Of a DNA stretch of 64,000 nt, positions 33,671-46,623 are shown piece after piece. The stretch's first letter is position 1. Each line of letters opens with the position of its first letter. The translations under genes and the position numbers were made by a program. The notes under the pieces were generated by a model. The model was not told the DNA's origin. It saw nothing but the letters and a program-made list of their open reading frames with translations, and searched no databases. This DNA comes from Peribolospora baueri (taxonomy: Eukaryota). The stretch is taken from positions 124,001-188,000 of the forward strand of contig JAMDHS010000003.1 in NCBI GenBank assembly GCA_029717555.1. Reading direction: 5' to 3'.

Positions 33671-36600
33671 CTACCCGTACAGCCTCACGATGCCGTCAGC
33701 GCCGGCGCTAGCGAAGAGCGACCCCGCGGAGTGGTACTTGACGTCCAAAACGCCTTCCTCCGCCTTCTTCCTGTGAGCCGTGATCTCCTGCACGCAGGCG
33801 CGGCTGGAGCTGATGTCCCAAAAGCGCACAGAGCAGTCGTGGCCGCCCGAGACGAGCGTCAGACCCGACGGGTCGATGTCTAACGACGTTACGGCGTCGA
33901 GGTGAGCGAGCATGGAGTGCGTGCAGGCGCCTGTAGATAAGTGCGCGGTGGACGGACGACGTCAGCCACCGACGAAGTGGAAAACGATCTGCATGGGCAC
34001 AGAGGCGCAACTCACCAGTCTCGAGATCGAACAACCGGATATACTTGTCCTCGTGAGCGGTGACCAAGAGCGGCATAGTTGGATGAGTGATGACCTTGTT
34101 GATCATCGTGGCGGGAGTCCCGTCTGTCCGTCACGGGAGGAGATCACGAAAGAAACGGAAGAGATGGTTAAGTCGCCGGCTCAAGCTCTATCTGTGCCCC
34201 CAAGGCCGCCAGGGTGATCCCTCTGCTCGCCATGCCATGAAACCGACCAGAAACCGTATGCCAAACGCTTGCAAACGCCAACTCACCATACGTCTCATCG
34301 CTCGCCATTTTCAACACCTCCCGTCCCGTCTGGACCTCGAAGAGCTTGACGACCGAGTTGTCGTACGCGACCGCGCACCGCTTCAGGTCGGAGTGACACG
34401 CGGTCACGGAGATGGGTACGGGCACCTTGCGATCCGCCTTTTCCATCTCCTCTTTCTCAGCGCTCATCTTCTCGTCCGATTCCGTGCCCCAATAGTCCCA
34501 GCTGAGCTTAAGCGAGCCGGCACCAGCGCTGGAAGCGCCAGCACCGGAGGAAGAGGAGCGACGGCCAAGACCGTTGGTGCACCACACCTTGACGGTCCCG
34601 TCCGCTGAGGCAGTCGCCAAGAGCACCTCTTCGTCCACCTTGAGAGGCAAGAGCGCCATGTCATAGATGGGCTGCGTATGGCCTACCAAAACGGCATGCT
34701 CCGCCTTTCGGTCGAAGGGAGGGTAGGTCTCGGTGTTGCGATCTGGAAGAGTCCAGACACGCACGGTCGCGTCCAAGCTGCCGCTGTAGATCCGCCGGTC
34801 GGACGAAGAGACAGCGAGGCAGGTCACGCCCGCGGAATGGCCTCGGTAGGTTACGATCGGATCCGTATCCGGCATCGCGCCGTTCCTGTCGCAAATACAC
34901 ACACCACATCAACAACTCTGTCCATCCCTCTAAGCTTGGCCTTCCAAATCAAAGACTCACAAAGTAGATCCGGAGTTAACCCCGGCCGCATCAAGCCTCC
35001 ACACTTTGATCGTGTTGTCGTCGCCGGCACTGACGAGGTAGTAATCCGTCTGCGAAAACACGACGGCCCTGACCGAGTCGAGATGACTGCGCAGAGAGTG
35101 CTTGGCCTTCCACATCTTGTGGTCCGATGTGCCCGTCTCGACCTGGAACTTTTCAGACGAGCCGGTGGACAGGCCTTCTTCGTTCAGCTGGAGGGCTAGG
35201 TTCGCCAACTCGTCGTCGTCCGGCTGGATGCGGTTGCCGTTGGCATCCTTCAGAAACCGGCGGTCCGGGGTATACCCGAGCTGGACATGACAAGAGAGGG
35301 CGCGAACGACCGAACGGAGAGCAGAATGAGGACGGTTCGTGGTTGAGCAGGCCGCGTCGGGCTCGGACGCGCGCCCGAGGAATCCATCGCAAGCCACTCA
35401 CCTCTTCCCTATCCCTCTTCTCCCTCTCCAGCCTCCTCTCCCTCCCCTTCTCTCCAAGCCCCCGCAGGGCCTTCCAAGCGGCTTCGTCCTTGCTACCTCG
35501 AAAAATCGCCGTCAGCTGCTCACCCTCTTCCGACGTGCTGTCCTCCAACGAGCGAGCCGAGGTCGAGGAAGACCATGAGCCAGAGTCGCGGTCGCCGCTG
35601 CTCTCGCTCCCGCTGGAGACCAGGGAACCATCCTCGCTCTCGGCGAGGTCCGTCACCTCCTCTGTCTTGTCAGACGCGTCCTCGCCTGCAGACGCGGAGG
35701 AGACAGCGGTAGCGGCAGCGACAGAGGCAAGAGAAGGCATGGGAGCATCGTCGTGAGTCAAGACGGCACCGTTGGGCCTGGGCGACGACGGCGCCACAGG
35801 CTCCTGTTGTAGTGCGGCCAGCTGTCCGAGCGAAGCCGAATCGGTCATGGCGGCGGAAGGCAGTTCGACTCCGTTTGGACGGCCTCTGTCCTCATCGCTC
35901 GAAGCGACGGACGATGCGCCATCGCTTCTTTCGGGAGCCTCTTCGAGGACGGTCTCGGTGGCGATGAGCGGGCTCCGACCCGATGTAAGCGTGTTGGAAC
36001 GAGCAGCCTTACCAAAAGTATTGGTGCTGGCCGGCGTCAGTGTGGGCTCCTTGGAGGGCACGGGCCGACGGAGGGTGGACCCGGCAGGGGAGGCAGTAAA
36101 GGCAGGAGCCGAGGTGGAAACCGGGTTATCGGAGAAGGAATGGCTGGGCATCGCTGGAGGAACGTTTTCGGGAAGCGTCTGGCGGGGCCGAGGAGGAAGG
36201 TTGAGAGAGCTGCCGATGAAGGTTGAATTGACCGTCGGTCGCTCGGCCAAAGGGTTTAGGGTGGACGTAGAGGTGAGATACGAGATTTCTTGCAGACACC
36301 TGATTTAGGCACAGGAAAGGTCTGGTCAATATGGACAGAGAAAGCGTGCTTGTCGAAGGTTTACTCACTGCTTCAAGTATTCTCTGCTCTTCGTCCTACT
36401 CTTGGGATCCCGACCGATGCTGGTGGGGTTCCTGCTTAACTGCGTGGCGCCATTGGTAAGGCTATTGTTCATGGAGCTCAGGCGGCTCATACCAGACAAA
36501 CTGTTCTGCGGGTCGATCGGACCCGAGATGGTCGGCCCGGACGTTTCGGGTAGGCCCAAATCTTCGGAGCGTGGCGAGCTATGGCCAGAGCCAGTCGAAC

Positions 36601-37489
36601 CTTTGTCCTGCAGTTGAGCGTGCTTGGTGGCGGGGACACCAGTAAGAGTGGTGGACAAGTACTTTGATCTGTGCGGGAGAAAAGCAGACAGACGAGGGGA
36701 AAGCGAATTTCGATGAGGGCGTCGGTGAGCGACAAGCGACAATCAGAAAGAGAGGTAAAAAGGAATCGCGTGCCATGGCCGCCGTGACTCTCACCGCTCC
36801 TGCCGGAGAGCATATTCGAGCATCTTGACTCGCTTCGAGAGGTCCGACTTGACGTTATCAGCCGCTCGCCGTTCCCCTTCGAGGAGAGCGATCCGGGCCT
36901 GCGAAGCCGTCAGGCGCAACGAGCGCGAAAGATGACAGATAAACGAAGGAAGACAGACGTCGTCGACATGAGATCGCAGTCCTCAGCAAGGTCGGACTTT
37001 ATTATCGCGGCGCCGTCCGCTTGGTGTCTCGCCTGACCCGCACGCCTCTCTAATCTGTCCCCTACACAAGTCCCTTCGCCAAGCACTCGCACTCGCACTC
37101 ACCCTCATCTCGGCCCGCTCAATCTCCCACTCGTTCCGATCTCTCTCATAGCGTCTCCATTCGGTCTGGAGGTAGTGGAGGATGCCGGCAAGCGTGTATT
37201 CGGGTTGGCCCGAGGCGCCTCCGTCCGATCCGCCAGCGCTCTGGCTCATGGTGGCAGCACCGTTGTTGGTATTCTGGTATTGGTTATTCCCGTTGGCGGG
37301 GTTTCCAGCAAAGTTGCCGTTGAGGAAGCCGCCAGGACCGGCGCCTGGGCCGGCGCCGAAAGGGGACTGCGCGCCAGAGCCGGAGCCAGGCGGTTGAGAG
37401 CCGACACCGGGGGAGTGTTGGAAGGATTGCGCCGCGCCGCCCCAGCCATCATGTTGGCCCGAGCTGAGGGCGCTTGGCGCGCCAAACAT
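33671..37489 (-). CDS. Striatin (Far8/Pro11/StrA; STRIPAK scaffold), N-terminal coiled coil plus C-terminal WD40 repeats, multi-exon
   Basis: [96 protein letters not shown] and [12 protein letters not shown]...[13 protein letters not shown]. Confidence 0.95.
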
Positions 37490-38255
37490 GAGGAACGACA
37501 GCTTGAAAACGTTGGTCGCCCTTGGGTTAGCAAGGGAGCTGGGCGTTGCAGGCTATGGCGTGGCAGGGAGGGAGGCAAAGGCGAGGTAGAGGTGGGTGCG
37601 GCGAGGGCAGTAACAAGGAGGAAAGAAAAGCAAGGACAACGGAAGATGATCGCCGGGTCGTCAGCGGGTGGTCGCGTGAGTCGACGAGGAAAAAGGAGCG
37701 AGAAGAGCGATGGATGGGCGCGAGGAGGCGACGAGCGACGCGGCGAGAATGGGCGGCTCCGCTGGGATTGACCTAGAGTCGCGCGTCGCCCCGAGCCGTG
37801 CCGTCGGTCGCAGCAAGCGGTGTGGGGGGTTATTGGTGAGCGAGGGGGGAGATGGCGGCGTCGTGGAGGTGCCGTTGGTTGGTTTTGAGTGCGAGGACGA
37901 AGGAGCGAGTCGGGCGAGACGACGATGATGGATGGGCCTTGGCTTAGCTTGGCTGGCCTGCTGCGAACGACGACGAGTGTGGGCGATCTCTGCCGCAGTC
38001 GAATACAACCAGCTTCAATTCCCTGGCAAGCTCGGCGAGCGTTTGCGACTGCGGACCGACTCGCACGTTGAAAGCCTGATTACAATCCCATTACAGCTTC
38101 CGGTCGCGTGCACACTCATGTCCCTCGCGCACGCGTGCCCTAGGCCTCTGCAGCCACCACCCCACGGCGACCCACAAGCGACAGGCGACCGCCGTCAGTC
38201 TGTGAATCATTTTGCTTCCGATGGCGACAGCGAATAGCGGTAGCCACACGGAGAG

Positions 38256-38300
38256 GGATAGATAGATAGGATAGGATAGGATAGGATAGGATAGGATAGG
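38256..38300. repeat. (GATA)/(GGATA)n microsatellite
   Basis: GATA units grading into about 6 GGATA units in the striatin-NHX1 divergent intergenic region. Confidence 0.9.
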
Positions 38301-39105
38301 CGAGCAGAGCATGTCGAAATCGTTCATGCGATATGACCGACAATGGCCCACACATGTTCGAGCGCCATCGCTGGTATTGCGTCTCCTGGTACCTACAATG
38401 CGAAAACAACGCCAGACCAGAAAGGGGGCGAACCCGAGCACATGAAGGAACGGCGAAAGCACGGTAAATGTCGAGAAGCAAAGGACCAGCGTTGCGACGT
38501 GCCTCCAAAACCCTTCGGAATATCGATATCGCCAGAGTGCTGGGAAACCTATTCACAAGCTCTCGAATCCGAGACGGCACCCGCCCCGCCCCCATAACGT
38601 CCCAGCGCTCCGCTTCGTCGCCCTCCGATGTGTGGTCGTCAGTCCAGAGGTATAGACGGGCCTCCCTCCGCCGTTCAGGGAAGACGAGCAAGCACGATGA
38701 CGATGAGGGGAAGCGAACATGGAAGTTTTGAGACAAGCGTCGGGTCGATCTACGCGAATCCCACCATCGACTTCAGCCGCAGCAACGCTCCGCCGACCCG
38801 ATGCAGGTTAAGGCACACCGGTCGTTGTTAGCTGCGATCCTTTGCTCGGCAGATCTCTACTCGTCTTCGCAAACCATCTCCTCTGCTCACCACCAACCAC
38901 AAACGCTCAAGACCGCGTCGCATTTTCCTCCTCGACTCTGCTGCTTCCGTCGTACCTGCGCGCCGCCGCCTCGATCTGACGACGACCACGACCACGACCA
39001 CGACGAGGAACGCCTGCCTGTTCCGACTCAGGCAGCACTTCTCTGCGGCACCACCCCCGGCCCGCCCTCGCTGTTCGCTAGATCTTCCCCTTTCACCCTT
39101 CCATC

Positions 39106-41893
39106 ATGGCCTCCTCGGCCAAAGACAAGGAGCTGGACCCAGAGGTGGAGGAGCGGTGGTCGTCGCTCGCGCTCCTTCTCGTCCTCGTTCTCCTCATCTT
39201 CTCCTTCTGGACGTCGTATTATCTCAAGGTCAGGAGGATAAAGTCGGTGCACGAGACCATCTTGGGCCTTTTTGCCGGTGAGCCCCAACGTTCTACCGCT
39301 CGGTCAGAAGGAAAGCAAATCGCCAGCGGCGCGGAAGGGAGCCGTCGAAGCGGGCGGGCATAGAGCTCATCGGAAATCGCTCCCCATTCTTTCCAATCGC
39401 CTTGGCATTCTGCCACTTGTGTTTTCTTCTCGCTCGCTGCTCGCATCCAGGCATGTTCGTCGGTTTCATCGTCCGGGTGGCTCCGGGCGTGGTGGTGCAG
39501 GACATGATCTCCTTCAGAAACACCATTATGCTCAACGTCCTCCTTCCGCCGATCATCCTCTCCTCCGGCTATGACCTTCGACAAGAGAACTTTTTTCGAA
39601 ACTTTGGTGTCATCCTCATATTTGCCTTTGTCGGCACGTTCATTTCTGCTATTGTTTTGGGGTAAGTTCATTTTGTCAGTCGGACCATAGGTGACGGAGG
39701 AAACGGTCGACACGCAGGCTGGCTGATCGTCGCGCCCTCCCTTCCCCTTCGTTAGCGTCCTTGTCTTCCTCTGGTCTCTCCTCAATCTCGAGGGCTTGTC
39801 CGTCACCCTCCTCGATTGTCTCATCTTTGGATCCACCCTCTCCGCAACCGATCCAGTTACCATCCTGGCCATCTTCAACACGTTCAAGGTCGACCCGAAG
39901 CTGTACTCGATCATCTTTGGCGAGAGCATCTTGAACGATGCCGTTGCCATTGTCATGTTCGAGTGAGTTCACGGAAGGTCCTACTCCTTCCGCTTCACTC
40001 TACGGGTCTTTGCTTTGCTGAACTGATACTCACGCGACGTGCGCTCATCCAACCCAGGACCCTCTCCCAATTTCACGGGAAAAAGATCTATCTCTCTTCC
40101 GTCTTCCACGGCATCGGCATCTTCTTCCTCGTATTTGGCTTCAGCATGGCCCTTGGCGTTGCCTTCGGCCTTGGCTGCTCGCTCATGCTCAAGCACAGCC
40201 AGTTGAACCGGTACCCCGGCATCGAAAGCTGCCTCGTCGCATTAATCGCCTACACGAGCTACTTCTTTAGCAACGGAGTGACCATGAGCGGTAGGTCCCA
40301 GATGATTTTCTTTTTCTCTCTAGGACGAGGACGAGGTTGATGTTGACTGGCGCCCGACCATATCCTATTCGGCTGGCATTCCGCTTCAGGCATCGTGTCG
40401 CTCCTCTTCTGCGGAATCACCCTCAAGCACTACGCCTACCACAACATGTCGCGCAAGACGCAGCGGACGACAAAATACATATTCAGCACCCTCGCTCAGC
40501 TGTCAGAAAACTTTATCTTTATCTATCTCGGGCTGAGCTTGTTCACATCGGATCAGTTGGTGTACAAGCCGCTGTTCATCTTGATTACATCGGTGAGAGC
40601 CTGCGTGCGAGGAAGAGCCGTCCGTGTCCACGCTGACGGTAGGAAACGTGTCGTTCCTTGGACCAGTTGGCGGTATGCGTGGCCCGATACTGTGCTGTCT
40701 TCCCCATCTCTTCCGCCGTCAATGCCGTCTTCCGCACCCGAGGTCGTCGCCAGGAGGAGCTGCCGCGGTCGTACCAGGTCATGCTCTTCTGGGCCGGTCT
40801 CCGCGGCGCGGTCGGCTTCGCCCTCGCGGCGGGCATTCAAGGCCATAATGCCCAAGCGCTTCAGACGACGGTGCTGGTCGTGGTCGTGATCACCGTCATC
40901 GTCTTCGGAGGCACGACGAGCCGTATGCTCGAGGTGCTCGGAATCCGAACCGGTGTCGAGGACGATGAAGTGTCGAGCGAGGAGGAGGACGAGCAAGGGG
41001 AGTACGTCATCGGCCCGAGCGGACCAGCAAGGCTCGAAACGGGTCGGTACGGGAGATTTGCGGGGAGGGAAGGAGAGAACGGCATGTTCAAGGACGGTAG
41101 CGAGGACGACACGTATTCGCTTAGCAGCACCGCACCCCTCCATGGAGGTACGCCGTACGGGAACGGTGAGCGGCGGCGCAGTCGAGTCGGCTCGGCGACG
41201 GTGCTTGTTGCTGGCTCGTCGCATCCACTAACCTCGTCCGCTTCTCCGGTCTGTCGCCGTACGCGCTTCGGATCGCGTTCGCCAGCCGGTCCGAGCAACT
41301 ACTCCCGACGGTCGCACTTCTCCCTCGTTGACTCCTCCTCGGATAGCGAGGCGGAGGCGGACGCGGACGACGACATCCTCCCGCCGGCCCTGCCGGGGGG
41401 CGAGGAGGGCGGAGGGGTGGGAGGAGAGGCGACGTCGGACGGGATGCCCATCCCATCTCGCGGCCCGAACGGCGAAGAGCTGTCGGCGTTCCAGCGGGCC
41501 AATCTGATCTTCCGAGACGGTCAATGGTGGACGAAACTGGATCAAGGATACCTGATCCCTCTGTTTTCCAAGTGAGTTCGGAGTCCATTGGAAGAGGAGC
41601 GGAGGAAGGCAAGGAAGGAGAACTGAATAAGCGCCCTCATCACCGTGTTTTTTTTTTTTTTTTTCCGCATCGGAATGGGCGGGCGACATAGTTCGGTGGC
41701 GTCGCGCAAACACAACCAGCGCAAGGAGGCCCTTCGACAGGCGCATTCGCACGGTGGCCGAAGAAGTCGGGACGCCTTGGCGGCGTTCGGGAGCGAAGAC
41801 GACATGCCGCGGGGCTCGTTCGAACTAGAGGCCGAGAGCGGGACGCCTGGTCGGACGGCGAGCCCGGCGTCGGGCGTTGGCGAGGGTGCATGA
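39106..41893 (+). CDS. NHX1: Endosomal/prevacuolar Na+(K+)/H+ exchanger (NHE family), multi-exon
   Basis: [56 protein letters not shown]...[52 protein letters not shown] and [14 protein letters not shown]. Confidence 0.96.
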
Positions 41894-42936
41894 AGACGCT
41901 GCCTTGTAGTACTTTACTGTTGTATCCGCTTCATCTGGTAGCCGTCGGTCTGGACCTGCAGAGAATCGACGCGCCGTTCTCGCCCGCCCCGCCTGCCTAT
42001 GCGATGGGTGCGTGCGTTCGTGCGTGCGTCCATCTTGTCTGTCCGAGGTATCACCGTGCGACATCCACCGGTGCACTCGAGGACGGACGAAGAGGTAGAT
42101 AGATGGACGACGATCCTTTCCTCGCCCCGAGACAGAACGGAGACCGAAACGGCGAAGGAGAAGGAGGAGGAGGAGGAGGAGGAGGAGGAGGGCGACTGGA
42201 CAAAGAGAAAGGAGACTCGTCCATCGCACCTCGTATCATGTTTCGCAGAGCCAATCCACCGCCGCATATCTTTCCTTTTTCCTTCTCTCCTTAACGCTAC
42301 ATTGCCAGAGTGACGAAGAAAAACGGACAACGACGAACGGTGGAAGGCAAGCAATGGTGTTGATTGTGCCATCGCCTGGGATGCGGCCTTGGGTTCTCTC
42401 CTTTCCCATCTCAACCGAGCCTATTCCGTACCCGTGATCCCCCGTGAATACTTCCGAGATCCAAACGCCACCAGAGGAAGAACGCTGAGCTGGCCGGAGG
42501 TCGAAAGGGAAGGAAATGAGTCCGCTTCGGTCGAGCATTTCTTGAATCTGCAGGACGGGGGAGAACGGTGACCAACAATAGCCCAGGGGAACGAGAGGGA
42601 CGAAGGAAGGAGAAAACCTGATAGATAGCGCATACGGAAGGAAAGGCGAAGGAGAGCTGCGAAACGGGCGATCGAAAGGAGCGAGAGGCTTTCGCTCGTT
42701 CCAGAGGTTCCTGCGTCTCGAGCTCTGCGTCCCATCCCATCCCATCCTATCCTATCCTGGCGCGCCTTGCCCTCCTCGCCCTCGCCCAACTCGGTATTCG
42801 ATAGGTCGGACCGATGGACCGATGGATCGGTCGGTCGATGGGTCGATGAGTCGATGGAGGCTTTGAATCAGACGGACGGGCTGGAAGCTAGCCTATCTCA
42901 TTCAGTCTGATTTTTATCCCCCGGTCCTGCCCCGGC

Positions 42937-42987
42937 CGTCTCGTCTCGTCTCGTCTCGTCCTGTCGCGTCGCGTCGCGTCGCGTCGC
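42937..42987. repeat. Compound pentanucleotide microsatellite (CGTCT)n-(GTCGC)n
   Basis: Directly visible. Neighbouring arrays are (CCCAT/CCTAT) at 42731-42757 and (CATT/CATA) at 43091-43128. Confidence 0.9.
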
Positions 42988-43547
42988 ATCCCGGGGACAA
43001 GAAGAGAGGAGAACAACGGTAAGGAGTCAGCCAGCGAAAGGAAAAGAGGCAGAGACAGACAGACAAGCGAGCGCTGGCAGATGTGTACATGCATTCATTC
43101 ATACATGCATACATACATACATACATACAGCGAAACAAAAAGGAAAACGACGCGGGCCCGTTCGTTCTAATAAGACCGCGTCGAAAGCCGGCATCAAAGT
43201 GTGCAAGTCGAGAGACAAAAACTTTGCGTGCTTACGAGCAGAAGGGGGCTGGTGGGTGGGGGGGGTCGTACGGCGGGCGGGGTGGTGGTCAGATGGGATG
43301 TGGGGATGGAGGGGACGCGCGCCGTTGGCGGAGCGAGAGCGGATGTTGCGATGCGAAGGAAGGGCGGAAGGGGGAATTAGAGAGGTTGGAAAGGAGAAAT
43401 GCGAGGAAGCGGAACGAGTAAGAAAAAGGGAATACAAGAAAGGGGGCGGAGCGGCGGTGTGGCACTTGGAGGAGGGGAAAACGAAGGAAGGAGCGAGCCG
43501 AGAAGGGGTCATGTCGAAGACGTTAGACGTGAAGCAAGGCGCGCTCG

Positions 43548-46500
43548 TCAGACGGCTATCGTCCCCTCGCGCCTCTCGCGCATGCCTTGGTCGCCGACAT
43601 CGTCGTCGTCGTCCAGGACGTAATGCTCGCCAGCCTCGAAGAGCGTCTCGTCCGCCTGCGCGTGAGCGGCATCGGCAGCGCCGGAACCGCGGGCGGAGGC
43701 GGAGGAGGCGCCGCGGACGGGCCGGTGGAGCGAAGCGGCACGATGACGGACGGCGGCGGCCTCCTCCTCGGCTTCGGCGCTCATGTGCGCCCGGCGGGTC
43801 ATGTAGCCCTTGATGGCGAGGAGGATGAAGATCCAGCAGAAGACGACGGAGACGACGGCGACGGTCACGTTGAGCGTGGCCATGAGGTCGTCTGAATTCG
43901 TAAAGCGAACAAGCGGAGAAAATGAGCGAGCGAACGCGTGCGGACGGCAGAGGATGACAGACACTCACCATATCCGCTGCGCATGGAGGCAAACGTGATC
44001 TGCTCCACGCTGAGCATGAACACGAGTCCGCCGCCGGTGAGACCAAACGCGGCAAGGACCTCGGTGGGCGGGCGAGAAGGAAGAACAGAAGTGGGGGGGC
44101 GGAGCCAGAGGAAGAAGTAGGTCATGCACCGGAAAACGCCAAAGCCGCCGAGGAGCATGCCCCAGAGCTTGTGAACCTCGACGGCGTATTGATAATCTTG
44201 GCTGGAGGGACGCGAGGGGAGGAAGGGACAGATATCAATAGGGGGCGCCCATGGCCGACGAGGACTACCAACACAGGACAACTCACTGATGCGCGCTCAT
44301 GGCGATGCCGGTGACGCCGACGACGATGGCAGGGAACGGGTTAAAGCTGCCAGAGTAGCTGGGCGGCTGCTTCTGGGCGTCGACGATGCCGCTCTGCTGC
44401 TCCGCCTCGGAGGCGGTCGACGGAAGCCGGCGAGCTGGCACGGCGCTCGGGTGGCGGAGGGCGACGGGCCAGGCGAGGAGGTTGCGGATGGCGCGCGTCT
44501 CGAGGAGGAGACCCATCAGGCCGGCCCACCAGAACATGACGGCGATGCTGATGTGCTGCACCTCTTTGACGGTGTACGCGCTGCCCGGCTGGGCGCCGAA
44601 GCGCTCCATCCACGTGTTCGTCGCGCCGTAGAGGAAGATGAAAAAGCACTCGACCCACTCTGCGCTGGGCGCCTGGGCGCGCCATCCGCCCTCGGTGTGC
44701 GATGGACGCTTGTTCCACGCCCATCCGAGCTCGGCCCAGCAGCCGAGGTAGCGGCCAAAGGTGAGGATTCCATAGCCGAAGAAGATGCCGCCCTTGATAC
44801 CGTGGGCGAGGCACGAGTTGGTCCAGCTGCCGCGGCAGAAGCCGGCGTAATCGCTGATGCCGGTCGCGGCGGCGACGAAGCCGAGGACGACGAGGAGGCG
44901 GGTGAGGAAGATGTGAGTGAACTTGAGCGTTGTCGAGACGCGCTTGTGGAGCGGCGATGCTGACTTTGTGCCAGCGCGAGGGTGGTGACGACGGAGGGGC
45001 GGCGAACGAGTGCGAGAGCCGGCACCGGCACCACCAAAGGCGGTCGTCGGCGTATGGACGAGCGTGGTGGCGGCGCTCAGCGGCGGGCTGTGCGTCGCCG
45101 CCGGGCTGCAGGTACCGGGGCTGGTGGAGATGCGAAGGGGGGTGCGATGATGACCGTCGGGGGAGAACGCGTTGCTGTCCTTCTTCGAGTGCCTCCACGC
45201 CTTGATGCGGGAGAAGCTGGATCGCGCGAGCGTCGCGTCGTCGTTCTCATGGAGGGTGTGGTCGGATCCGTCGGAACGATCGTGGGAGGGCGGGTCGGGC
45301 GAAAAATGGACGCTGTGCTCGCGGGTGTGAGGGCGACGACGCTGGGCGTCCGGGGCCGGGGCGCGGGTGGCAGAGGAGTCGGAGTAGGAAGCCGAGTCGA
45401 GGAGGTCCTCGACGCTGACGTGCGCGGGAGAGGGGTCGACGGCGTTGTCATGGGCATCGCGACGGGACGCGGGCGCGTCATCGACGACGAGCTTCTCGTC
45501 GTCAATCTCCTCGGCGTCGCCGGCGTCGGCCAAGAGCTCTTCCTCGTCCAAGCTGGCGTACGCGGACGCAGAGGCAGAGGCGTCGAGCCGGAGCGAGTCG
45601 CCGCGGAGACCTCGACGAAGGCGCTGCCAGACGGTCTCGCCCTGGCGGCCCTTGGTGGCCTTCCACCAGCGAAGGGTTCGGAGGACGGCCTGTAGAGCGT
45701 CGTAGCCGGTGCAGCCGAGGCCGAGCCAGAAGGTGAACCAGCCGAGTTTGGTGTGGAAGGCGCTGGGGTAAAGGTCCGGGGTGAGACCGCGGTAGGTGGC
45801 GGCGAGGAGGGAGGAGATGAAGGTGAGGGCGAGGAAGAGGAGGGAGCATGGGAGGGAGAGGGCGGAGTGGGCGATGCGAAGCATGATGCCTGGCAGGGAC
45901 GGTGGTGGGAAATGAATGGGTGAGCAAGCAAGACAATGGCCGTCGTCGTCGAATCCACGTCGTTCGCTCACCGAGGGGGAGGACGACAAAGTAGGCGAGC
46001 ATCATGCCGAGGACGTGGGCGACCATGAGGCCGGCATGGCCGCCGGTGGACCTGTGTCGGTCGATGAACTGAGCCCACTTCCACTCGTCGGTGCCTTCTT
46101 TGACGTCGCCTCCGTCGGCGGATTGGTAGACTTGCGGGAAGGAGGCGGGGAGGTCGGCGAGGCCGTAAGCAAAGTCGTACTCGAGGTAAGAGAGAGGCGT
46201 GGGTCCGTGCCAGTAGAGGATGCTGTCCTCGTCCAGCTCGAACTTGGGGGCCTCGTGAGAGTGGGAGTGGGAGTGGGAGTGTCCGCCGCCGCCGTGGCCT
46301 TGAGAAGCGGAGCTCTGGGTGTCGGGCGCTTTCGAGCTGGAGTTGTTGTCGTCGGCTTGGTCGACGATCATGTCGTGGTGGTCGTCGCCGTCGTGACCTT
46401 GATGCGAGTCGATGTGCTCCTCGGCCTGCTTCTGCCCGTCGATGTGCTCCTCCGCCTGCTCCTGCTCCTCGTCGCCGTGATCGCCATGCCGGACCGCGAT

Positions 46501-46623
46501 AGGGAGGGGCTGGCTTGCGGGCGAAGCGAAGCCGTCGATGGAGGAGAGGGACGAAGCGGCGACGGGCGCTGGGAGGCGGGCGGCGGAGGCGAGGAGGAGT
46601 GCGAGGAGGAGTGCGAAGCGCAT
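43548..46623 (-). CDS. YTP1/DUF2427 family integral membrane protein (YCR061W-like) with signal peptide and His-rich luminal N-terminus, about 4 exons
   Basis: MRFALLLALLLASAA signal peptide. Motifs HGPTPLSY, LMVAHVLGMMLAYFVVLPLG, TPDLYPSAFHTKLGW, CLAHGIKGGIFFGYGILTFGRYLG.WAELGWAWN, SAEWVECFFIFLYG, QHISIAVMF, SFNPFPAIVVGVTGIAMSAH, VHKLWG and PSRPPTE. Confidence 0.88.

Noticed and set aside
38801..39241. Out-of-frame ATG ORF overlapping the NHX1 start
   Set aside because: It is low-complexity with no homology signal, and there is no evidence the transcript starts upstream of 38801.
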